Below are positions 27,343 through 36,081 of a DNA stretch of 64,000 bases, one piece after another (the first letter of the stretch is position 1; every line of letters begins with the position of its first letter). Made by a program: the position numbers and the translations under genes. The notes under the pieces were generated by a model. That model did not search any database and was not told the DNA's origin. It saw nothing but the letters and a program-made list of their open reading frames with translations. Origin of the DNA: Actinobacteria bacterium UBA7524 (GTDB taxonomy: Bacteria; Actinomycetota; Coriobacteriia; Anaerosomatales; UBA912); the NCBI GenBank assembly GCA_002478275.1, contig DLMY01000031.1:1-64000 (forward strand), read 5' to 3'.

Positions 27343-28332
27343 ATGGCCGACGCGACTGAACGGCTCGTCAATCTGGCCCTGCGCCTCGCCGCCGCGCGCG
27401 GACCGGTCAGCGCCACCCGGATTCGGGACGAGGTCGAGGGCTATCCGGCCGCGGGCGAGCAGGATGACGATGCGTTCAAGCGGATGCTGGAGCGAGACAA
27501 GGATCAGCTGCGCGAGAACGGCTTCGTCATCGAGGCGGATGCCGAAGGCAACTACCGGCTGGACGCGGAGGCGACATTCGCTTCCCGGGTCACGCTCGGC
27601 GCCCTGGAGCGTGCGGTGATGCGCGCCGCCGGGCTCGCGATGCTCTCCGACCCGTCCTTCCCCTTCGCCCCGGAACTGCGCTTCGCGCTCGCGAAGCTCT
27701 CTGCGGGGCCTGAAGGGTTCGATGCCCCGCTGTCCGCTCTTCTGGCCGACGAGGACCCTGTGTCCCAGGGAGCGTCCGTCGCGATCATCACCGGAGCGAT
27801 CGAGGCGCGCAAGACGCTCTCGTTCCGGTACACGAACTCGCTCGGGGAGCACAAGACGCACACCGTCGAGCCGTACGGCGTGTTCGCGCTCGACGGGCGA
27901 TGGTACCTGGTCGCACGCGACCCGAGCCTCGACGAGACGCGGACCTACGCGGTCACCCGCGCCGAGGACCTTGCCGTCAACCCGACACGTCCCAGACACC
28001 CCGATTTCGAACGGCCGGCCGACTTCGACGTGGGCCGCTACATCAACCTGCCGTTCCAATACGGTGCCGAGGAGATCCCTGCCACCATCGTTTTCGCCCG
28101 CGACCAGGCGTGGCGCGCGCCGGCACTCTGTTCGGGCGTCGGGACCCTGACCGAGCGTGACGACGGCACAGCCGAGTGGCACGTGACCGCGCGGGATGGC
28201 AGGCGCCTGCTCAGATGGATGATCGAGAACGGGCCCGGCCTGACCGTGGCAGCACCGTCCACGCTGACAGAGCTGCTGCGGGAGGAGGCGGCCGCCACGA
28301 TGGCGGCGCACGAGGGAGCCTGCGATGCCTAA
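27343..28332 (+). CDS. pafB: WYL-domain transcriptional activator subunit
   Basis: ERLVNL, AFKRMLERDKDQLR HTH, VEPYG..GRWYLVA; GGAGG RBS. Confidence 0.85.
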   Translation: MADATERLVNLALRLAAARGPVSATRIRDEVEGYPAAGEQDDDAFKRMLERDKDQLRENGFVIEADAEGNYRLDAEATFASRVTLGALERAVMRAAGLAMLSDPSFPFAPELRFALAKLSAGPEGFDAPLSALLADEDPVSQGASVAIITGAIEARKTLSFRYTNSLGEHKTHTVEPYGVFALDGRWYLVARDPSLDETRTYAVTRAEDLAVNPTRPRHPDFERPADFDVGRYINLPFQYGAEEIPATIVFARDQAWRAPALCSGVGTLTERDDGTAEWHVTARDGRRLLRWMIENGPGLTVAAPSTLTELLREEAAATMAAHEGACDA

Positions 28333-29275
28333 GGACTCGGCCGCCTTGAGAGCCAGGCGCCTCCTGGCGATCGTACACATGCTCGAACCGGACTCGACCC
28401 TCTCCCTCGCGTCGCTGGCCCGGGCGCTCGACACCACCGAGGAACAGATCGCGTGCGACCTCGAGTTGCTGTCGTGCTGCGCGGTGGACCAGTACGCGCC
28501 CGAGACGTTCGTGCCCGTCTACGTCGAAGACGGCGAGGTGGTCGTCTTCGGCGAACTCCCGGCCCTTGAGCGCGCGATACGGCTCTCGGGCCCCGAGTCG
28601 CGCGCGCTCGCCGCCGCGCTCCAGGCCACCGGCATCGCGCCGGGCGACCCGCTGGTCGCGAAATTGCTGGAGGCCGCAGGAGCGCTCTCCGAGGCCACCG
28701 AGGTCGAACGCGCGATCCGAACCGCGACATCCGCCGCCCCCGCGCATATGAAGGTCCTCTCCCAGGCCCTGCACGAGAACCGGACCGTCACGCTCTCGTA
28801 CCAGAGCGGCGGCTCTCCGATCGCCAGCGAACGCATCGTAGAGCCCGTGTCGTTACTCAACGAGCGGGGCCAGTGGTACCTGGAAGCCTACTGCAGGAAC
28901 GCGGGAGGGCTCAGGACCTTCCGCGTGGACCGCATCCGTGAAGCCACTATCGGCACCGAGGTGTTCTCTCCCAGAGAGCTCTCCCCGACCGGCAGCGCGC
29001 TACCGACCGAAGGTCTGCCCGTGGCCCGGATCGAGTTCGCGCCCGGCGAGCAGGTCAGCGAACGCGATTGGCCGGGGATGAAGGTCGTCGACACGAGCGA
29101 GCGTGGCTTGGTCGTCGACGTACCCTACGCGGGCACACGCTGGATCGCGCGCCGGGTGGCCGCCCGCCTCGGACGGGCGGTCGTACTCTCACCCGCCGAT
29201 ATCCGCGATGCCGTCTGCGCCGTCGCGCGCACCTACACCGAACCGCCGTCCGATCTCCCCGACGGCCTCGGTTGA
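28325..29275 (+). CDS. pafC: WYL-domain transcriptional activator subunit
   Basis: RRLLAI..DLELL HTH, VEP..GQWYLEAYC..RTFRVDRI; overlaps pafB. Confidence 0.85.
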   Translation: MPKDSAALRARRLLAIVHMLEPDSTLSLASLARALDTTEEQIACDLELLSCCAVDQYAPETFVPVYVEDGEVVVFGELPALERAIRLSGPESRALAAALQATGIAPGDPLVAKLLEAAGALSEATEVERAIRTATSAAPAHMKVLSQALHENRTVTLSYQSGGSPIASERIVEPVSLLNERGQWYLEAYCRNAGGLRTFRVDRIREATIGTEVFSPRELSPTGSALPTEGLPVARIEFAPGEQVSERDWPGMKVVDTSERGLVVDVPYAGTRWIARRVAARLGRAVVLSPADIRDAVCAVARTYTEPPSDLPDGLG

Positions 29276-32200
29276 TTCAAGCACTTCGACGTCTGCGACG
29301 GGCAGTGCGCACAGGAAATCCCTCCCGTAGCCTCGCTGCAACAGCCGGACGTCCGTGATCACCAGGCAACCTTCATCCGTGGACGAACGGATGAGCCGGC
29401 CAGCGGCCTGCTTCAGCTCGATGATCGCCTGAGGCAGTGTGTAGCGCTTCCACGCCACTCGTCCCTCTCGTGCTTCACGCTCGGCCGCCAACGGGTCTGT
29501 GGGCCTGCCGAACGGAAGCTTCGCCACGACCACGCACCGCAGCGTGTCTCCCTTCGCATCGAAGCCCTCCCAAAACGACTTGGTCGCGAACAGCGACAGG
29601 CGCTCATCGGCGACGAACTCATCGCGCAACCGTTTGTTCGACACCCCTCGCCNNNNNNNNNNNNNNNNNNNNNNNNNNNNNNNNNNNNNNNNNNNNNNNN
29701 NNNNNNNNNNNNNNNNNNNNNNNNNNNNNNNNNNNNNNNNNNNNNNNNNNNNNNNNNNNNNNNNNNNNNNNNNNNNNNNNNNNNNNNNNNNNNNNNNNNN
29801 NNNNNNNNNNNNNACGACACCCCTCGCCCCTGCACGAGCAGGGGGATGCCCTCGGCATCGAGCCTGGGCTCCAGCTCCCGGTAAAGCGCCTCCATCTCGC
29901 GCCTGTTCGTGAACAGGGTGAGCGTCGAGCCGCCCATCGCCACATGCACGTCGAACAGAAGCGCGCCCAGCGCCGTCATGTACTCAGGAGTACCAGGCAG
30001 CGGCAGGTCACGCGGCACGAACACCGCCATCTGCCTGTCGAAGTCGTAGCTGGACTCCAGCCTCAACGACCTCCATGCCTCCTCGCCGAGGAGATCGAGC
30101 CCTGTCGAGCGCGCGAAGTGAGAGAAGCTCTCCCCGGTCGCCACCGTCGCGCTCGTGAACACCACGGAGCTCGTTCGCGGGTAGAACTCCTCGGCAAGCA
30201 CCTGGCCGATGTCGAGCCGGGCGGCGACGAGTCTCTCCGCGATCACCGTGGGACGTCTGTCGAGCGCGGCGTAGTAGACGTAGTCGCTCGCCTCTCCGTC
30301 GAGCACCGTCACGAGCCCAAGGCGCTGTTCGGCGAGTTGCACGAGGATACCTCCGAGGTCGGCCTTCAGATCATTGAAATCCGGGCCGGCTTCTTCCAGT
30401 TGCGTGACGAGCTGACGTCCGGCAGCGATGACCTCCTCGAGCTTGCGGGCGAGCGAGCCGCCTACACTCGCGACCGTCCCCCACGCGCCCGTCTCCCGAA
30501 GTCCCGGGTCGATTCGCGCCTGGCAGGCGTCGTAGGCCGACTCGCCGATCGTGCGGTGCAGGTCCTTGACGAAGTCGAACAACGAGGCGGTCAGCGTGAG
30601 CGTGGTCGTCACGTGCTCCTCGGCCTGGGCGAGTCCCGCCAGGACGACGCCCTGGACGTCGGGCGAACCGGCAGACCGCAACGCGCGACGGACGCCGTCG
30701 AACAGCCCGCTCTTGCCAGGAGCATGGAGCGCGGCGAGGAGCGAGGCGAGCTCCGCGTGGCTGGCCTGAAGGGTGAGTTGCTTGCGGGCCTCGTCCTCGA
30801 CGGAGTGCGCCTCGTCGACGACCCAGTGGCGTATCGGCGGCAGGATCCCCCCGTCGGCGACGACATCACGGAAGAGCAGAGCGTGGTTCGTCACCACGAC
30901 ATGCGCCGAAGACGCCCGCCTCCGGACCCCGTGCAGGTAACACAGGTGCGGGTAGTAACGGCAGCGCTTGTACGTGCAATCGGCGACCGATGCCGCCGCC
31001 TGACCGCGGATGGCCGGGCGCCAGTGGACGTTGATCGCATCCAGATCGCCCCACGAACTCTGCGCTATCCAGGCGAGCAACGATGCGACCGTGACCAGGG
31101 CCTCCGGCGACTCGTCGTCGAGCGTGGCGACGAGTCTGTCCAGCTTACGAAGACACGGGTAGTGCTCGTACCCCTTCAGTGCCACGTAGCGCAGGTTCTC
31201 ATCGAGGGCCCGGCACAGCGCGGGCAACTCACTGTGGACGAGCTGGTCCATAAGAGAGTTCGTCTTGGTGGCGACACCCACACCGATGCCGTTGAGCTGG
31301 GCGTACCGTGCGATCGGCACGAGATAGGCCAAGGACTTGCCGACCCCGGTCCCCGCCTCCACGGCCAGATGTGTACCGGTAGCGAACGCTTCCAGGACAG
31401 CCTCGGCCATACGAGCCTGCTCGCTGCGGTGCTCGAACCCCGGATACATCCTCCCTGCGAGCCCGTCAGGGCCGAATTCGTCGATCAGCGCCTCCGGGTC
31501 AGGGCACCCGCACTCCTCGAGATCGTGCGCATCCGACATCGACTCGCCCTTGTCGATGGACGCCCTCTCCCTGCGGACCTCCACGAGGTCGAACCCGACC
31601 TCGCGTCCGGATGCGGCCATATGTGCGAAGACCTGCCTCAACGGCCAGTCCGTGCCGGGAGCGAGATTCGAGATGCGGCGCACGAGCGCGGATGGCATGG
31701 CGTCGACCCCGCACAGCAACACGCGCCACACGAACGCGAGCGCATCGGCGTCGTCGCCTGCGCGGTGCGTCGGCGTCACCGCACCGAACGCCGATGCCAG
31801 GTCCGCCAACCGATGGCTTCTCAGACGGGGAAGCGCGATCAGCGACAGCTGTAGCGAATCGAGCCAGGCCCCCGCGAAGCTGTGCCCACCTGCCGCCCGG
31901 GTAAGGAACGAGCGGTCGAATGCGACGTTATGTGCGGCCATGTCGCGACCGGCAGCGAACTCGGCGAACGCACGAGCGGCGGCCTCCGGCCCGGGCGCTC
32001 CGGTAAGCATCGAGTCATCGATACCGGTGAGCTTCCCGATCTCCAACGGAACGGGCCGCCCCGGATCGACCATCGTGTGGAACCGGTCCAGGACTTCGGG
32101 GCCGCGCGCGAGCACGGCCCCGATCTCGATCATCTCGTCACGGTCAGCGTCGAACCCGGTGGTCTCGATGTCGACGAAGACCATCTCTTCCTCGAAGCCG

Positions 32201-32301
32201 AAGACCGCTTCCTGCGCACGCTCTGCCAGCGCCGCATAGGTATCGGCGACGTCTCGATCGGTGCCCGGCACGAGCAACCGGGAAAGCGCCTCCGTCATCA
32301 C
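29189..32301 (-). CDS. dinG: DinG-family helicase with N-terminal DEDDh 3'-5' exonuclease (spans gap 29653-29813)
   Basis: DIETTG/HNVAFD/HRAGDDA exonuclease; EAGTGVGKS, DEAH, SAT, FWEGFD, QAAGRLIR; Fe-S Cys. Confidence 0.9.
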
Positions 32302-32307
32302 CCGCCA

Positions 32308-32329
32308 AGACTAGCACGGCGATACGACA
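32308..32329 (-). promoter_or_regulatory. PafBC-type promoter of dinG (probably leaderless)
   Basis: TGTCGT-N10-TAGTCT ending 6 nt before the GTG start. Confidence 0.65.
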
Positions 32330-32383
32330 CGCCACAGCCCGAACAACTGGCCAGCCACCGGCTCACGCCGGAACCAGGCAGAT

Positions 32384-32917
32384 CTACTGGGCCGCACCCG
32401 ACTGCCGCGCCTTCACGAGCCACGAGCCGTCCTCGCCCTTCGCGAAGACCCACGTGTACGGGAAGGTCATGCCCTGCGCCTCCTGCGTGCCGACGACGGT
32501 ACACTCGTCCCCGTTCTCGACCTGCGGCGCGACTTCGTAGCCCGAGATCTGGTAGCTCGCCAGCGTTGAGGCGAAGCCTTCAGCACTCTGGTAGTACTGC
32601 TGAGTGGCTACCGGCAACATCGGGTAGGCCGATTCGTACTCGCCCTTGCTGCACAGGTCGTAGTACGCGTTCACGTACTGCTCCGGGGTCTGGCCCGCAG
32701 GCACCACCGGGGCTACGGAGGGATCGAATTCCGTCGCGGGTGACTGGCTGGACGCCGGAGGCATCCCCGCCGGAGCCGTCGGCTCGGTCGCGACCGGCTC
32801 GGGCACGGAGTTGCCGCTCCTCTGGACCACCAGCACCGCCACGATCGCCGCGGCGAGCACCGCGATGACGACGAGCAGCAAAACGATCTGTTTCTGTGCC
32901 TGTGTTGAATCGGACAT
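32384..32917 (-). CDS. Membrane-anchored hypothetical protein
   Basis: AAGGAA RBS, single TM, Pro-rich linker, small globular domain. Confidence 0.7.
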   Translation of the reverse strand: MSDSTQAQKQIVLLLVVIAVLAAAIVAVLVVQRSGNSVPEPVATEPTAPAGMPPASSQSPATEFDPSVAPVVPAGQTPEQYVNAYYDLCSKGEYESAYPMLPVATQQYYQSAEGFASTLASYQISGYEVAPQVENGDECTVVGTQEAQGMTFPYTWVFAKGEDGSWLVKARQSGAAQ

Positions 32918-33023
32918 CTTGCGGTTCCTTTCGACGCTTGCCTGAACAGCGCTGACGCGCCCGCTGATAGTAACTCCGGACGGCAACGCACGCAATCGGT
33001 CGCACAAGGGGTAGACTAAGCGA

Positions 33024-33695
33024 ATGGCACGCCAAAACCCGCTGTTCAACATCGCAGGAGTGACCCCGGAGTACACTGTGGCCGCCCACGCCCGCGGAGC
33101 GCTCAAGCTCGGCGCTCTCGCTTGCTCGGTTCTGGGGGTCGCCCCTGCTCACGCGCACATCGCCTTCGGCACCGCCTTCGCGGGCGAGGCACGCACCACG
33201 GGAACGGACCTCGCCATAGTGGCGGGGCTCCTCGGCATGGACGGGTCGGAAGAGCCGTTCGCCGACGCCCTGACCCGTGCCGAGGAGAGAGGTCTGCGCA
33301 TCGACTTCTCGCGAGCGGAAGGGGACGAGGGACCGTCACAAGCGGTCGAACTGACGCTGTTCGCCCCCGACGGCCGGACCGTACGCATCGGCGGATCGCT
33401 GCCCGGCGGCGACCAGGTGCTGATCGGTGCGATCGACGAATTCCGCGTCGAGATAGACGGCGAGCTGCCCGTGCTGCTTGTCGAACACACCGACCGGCCG
33501 GGGCAGATCGCCTCAGTATCCACGATCCTCGCAGACGCCGGAGCGAACATCGCCTCCATGCGCGTGGCGCGCGAAAGCCAGGGAGCGCGGGCACTGATGG
33601 TCATCGAGACCGACGCGCCGCTGAGCGGCGAGGTCGCGGCGAGCCTCGCCGAGCTACCCGATGTGAGCGCGGTCCGTCTTCTCAGTGGCGCCTGA
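33024..33695 (+). CDS. L-serine dehydratase beta-subunit-like protein with ACT domain (divergent)
   Basis: GTDLAIVAGLLG, GGSLPGG, HTDRPG..ANIASMRV ACT domain. Confidence 0.75.
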   Translation: MARQNPLFNIAGVTPEYTVAAHARGALKLGALACSVLGVAPAHAHIAFGTAFAGEARTTGTDLAIVAGLLGMDGSEEPFADALTRAEERGLRIDFSRAEGDEGPSQAVELTLFAPDGRTVRIGGSLPGGDQVLIGAIDEFRVEIDGELPVLLVEHTDRPGQIASVSTILADAGANIASMRVARESQGARALMVIETDAPLSGEVAASLAELPDVSAVRLLSGA

Positions 33696-33836
33696 GCGAG
33701 GAACGGCGCACTTCTCCCTGCACGACAGGCACGCCCCGGCGCACGACGTGAGCTTGAGCGCGTTGCACCTCGGGCACCTCACCTCACTGGAGGGGGAAGG
33801 CATCGCGCATGCCGGGCACAAGGTCAGCGCAGGCAT
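33654..33836 (-). CDS. Small Cys-rich protein downstream of feoB
   Basis: CPAC, CPRC, CAGACLSC..C; starts immediately after the feoB stop. Confidence 0.6.
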   Translation of the reverse strand: MPALTLCPACAMPSPSSEVRCPRCNALKLTSCAGACLSCREKCAVPRSGATEKTDRAHIG

Positions 33837-35687
33837 CTACACCACCCCCAGCATGCGGGCCAACACGCCACCCGCGAAGAACGCGAGGCCGACCGAGCCG
33901 GCGAACAGGCCGCCCATGTAGGCCCAGCCCCGCTCCTTGACGATCACCATGATGCTCGCGACACAGGGCACGAACAGCGTGATCGTCACCATCGCCACCA
34001 GCAGCTGGGCAGCGCCCAAGTCCATCGTGAAGAAGCCGGCGGCACCGAAATCGCGCCGCACGAAGCCCATCACGAACGCGGTTGCCGCCTCCGCGGGCAA
34101 GCCCAGCCACCCGACGGTGAGTGGCACAAGCGCCGACTGGATGCCTGCGAGCGCGCCGGTCACTTCGAGTATCGAGATGGCGGCCGCCCCGAGGACGAAG
34201 AACAGCGTGACCTCCTTCATGAAGTGCCAGACCTTTGTCACGCTCTTGCGCAAGACGTTCACGACACGCGGAACCCTCAGTGCAGGGATGTCGATGAGCA
34301 GGTCCGTCGACACCCCGGGCGTGATCCTGGCGAGTACCGTGCCGACGCCGACGAAGATCGCAAGCAGCGCGGCGAAGTAGCCGGCTGCATACGCGGGTCC
34401 CACGCCGGCCATGAGCGCGGCGATGACGGCGATCTGCGCCGAGCAGGGCACCGCGATGGCCATGAGCGCGGTCGCGATGAAACGCTCACGTCTGCTTCCC
34501 AATATCCGCGTGGTCAACGTACCCATGGTCACGCAGCCCAGGCCGAGTATCAGCGGGATGACCGCGCGGCCGTTGAGACCGATGCCCGACAAGGCCCTGT
34601 CAGCGAGGGCGGCTATCCTCGGCAGGTAACCCGAGTCCTCGAGCACCGCGAGCAACACGTAGAAGCCGGTCACCAGCGGTAGGATCACGCCGATCAGATA
34701 CGTCGGCGTCATGGTAAGCACCCCGAACTCGCCTGCCAGCACCGTGTGCACCGCGCCACCTTGCGCGAAGACGCGGCCGACCAGGCTCTCGACGAGCGGC
34801 ACGAACCTGGCCTCGAACACCTCGGTACCCAGCCAGTCGACCAGCCCGCCGGCAAGCCACTCCCCCAGCACCACATACATGGCGTAGAGCAACGCACCCA
34901 GCATGGGAAGCCCGGTGGCGGGGTGCATCATCGCCCGGGAAAGCCGCGTCGCGAACGACGTCCCCTCGGAGGTCTCGGTCAGCACGTGCCCCACGATATC
35001 GTTGACGCGCTCCCTGCGACGCAGGTAGATGGCGTCGCGCCCGCCGCCCGGCTCGATGCCGTGACGCCCGGCCACGGTCTCGTCGCCCTCGAGCACCAGC
35101 AGGGCCTCGGCGCGGGTTCCCGCGCGTGCCGCCATGAGCACGATGTCCTCGTCCAGCAACCGGTCCGCATACCCAGCATGCGCACTGTCGATCGCGGAGA
35201 CCAGTTCCGGTATTCCCGTGCCCTTGATGGCGACGGTCTCCACCACCGGTACGCCGAGGAGATCTGACAGCAGGTCCCGGTCGATGACGACGCCCTGTGT
35301 GCGCGCTTCGTCGGCCATGTTGAGGGCGACGACCATGCGCTTGCCCATATCGATGAGCTGGAGCGTGAGGAACAGGTCGCGTTCCAGATGTGCGGCCTCG
35401 ACGACGTTGATGACGATGTCCGCGTCCATGATGATGTCACGCGCAACGCGTTCCTCGTCGTTGAAGCTGGACACGCCGTAGACGCCGGGGGTGTCGACCA
35501 GGCACCTTCCCTCGATGGAGCCACGCGTGAGCTCCACCGTGGTACCAGGGTAGTTGGAGACGTCGACATACACGCCGGTCAACGCGTTGAACACGACAGA
35601 CTTGCCGACGTTGGGGTTACCCGCAAGCACGACGGTCTCCGTGTCCGGTCGCACGATGAGAGAGTTGGGAGCATGCGTGTGAGCCAC
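33837..35687 (-). CDS. feoB: Ferrous iron transporter B
   Basis: GNPNVGKS, NYPGTT, DTPG, NMAD, LEDSGY, GLGC, PCSA; exact start uncertain. Confidence 0.95.
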   Translation of the reverse strand: MAHTHAPNSLIVRPDTETVVLAGNPNVGKSVVFNALTGVYVDVSNYPGTTVELTRGSIEGRCLVDTPGVYGVSSFNDEERVARDIIMDADIVINVVEAAHLERDLFLTLQLIDMGKRMVVALNMADEARTQGVVIDRDLLSDLLGVPVVETVAIKGTGIPELVSAIDSAHAGYADRLLDEDIVLMAARAGTRAEALLVLEGDETVAGRHGIEPGGGRDAIYLRRRERVNDIVGHVLTETSEGTSFATRLSRAMMHPATGLPMLGALLYAMYVVLGEWLAGGLVDWLGTEVFEARFVPLVESLVGRVFAQGGAVHTVLAGEFGVLTMTPTYLIGVILPLVTGFYVLLAVLEDSGYLPRIAALADRALSGIGLNGRAVIPLILGLGCVTMGTLTTRILGSRRERFIATALMAIAVPCSAQIAVIAALMAGVGPAYAAGYFAALLAIFVGVGTVLARITPGVSTDLLIDIPALRVPRVVNVLRKSVTKVWHFMKEVTLFFVLGAAAISILEVTGALAGIQSALVPLTVGWLGLPAEAATAFVMGFVRRDFGAAGFFTMDLGAAQLLVAMVTITLFVPCVASIMVIVKERGWAYMGGLFAGSVGLAFFAGGVLARMLGVV

Positions 35688-35689
35688 GA

Positions 35690-36004
35690 TCAGTTCACCC
35701 GCTTCCCGCACTCGTCGCATCGCCTCACCCTGATGCGCGATGCCAGTCCCCGGCCCACCGCGATCTCCTGGCGGCCCTGTCTGACGATCACGGGTCCAGC
35801 AGGGACTTTGGTCACACACGAGAGATTCGAACCGCTGCACATACCGAAGCGCAGAGCATGGACGCGGGCGCGATCATCGTCCACGGACAGGACCTCCACC
35901 CGGTCTCCCGCGCGAACGCGATCGAGTGTGGTGTCCGTGCCATCTTGCCGCCGGCCCCGGCCGTATCCGCGGCCGTGACCTCGGCCTGAGTGTCTACGCA
36001 TCAT
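35690..36004 (-). CDS. feoA: Ferrous iron transport protein A
   Basis: LRFGM..GPVIV..EIAVGRGLA SH3-like fold; GGAGG RBS. Confidence 0.88.
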   Translation of the reverse strand: MMRRHSGRGHGRGYGRGRRQDGTDTTLDRVRAGDRVEVLSVDDDRARVHALRFGMCSGSNLSCVTKVPAGPVIVRQGRQEIAVGRGLASRIRVRRCDECGKRVN

Positions 36005-36032
36005 GGGGGAGTCCTCCTGCAAGCTGGTTGTG

Positions 36033-36046
36033 TTAGTCTCTGCTAA
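36033..36046. promoter_or_regulatory. Putative DtxR/MntR-family operator
   Basis: TTAG-N6-CTAA palindrome just downstream of the feoA -10 (TAGCAT, 36051-36056). Confidence 0.5.
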
Positions 36047-36081
36047 GGCGATGCTAGAGCAGATACTACTCCCCCCCGGAG

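Noticed and set aside
29653..29813. dinG as a pseudogene
   Set aside because: GACACCCCTCGCC is repeated on both sides of the gap; overlap artefact.
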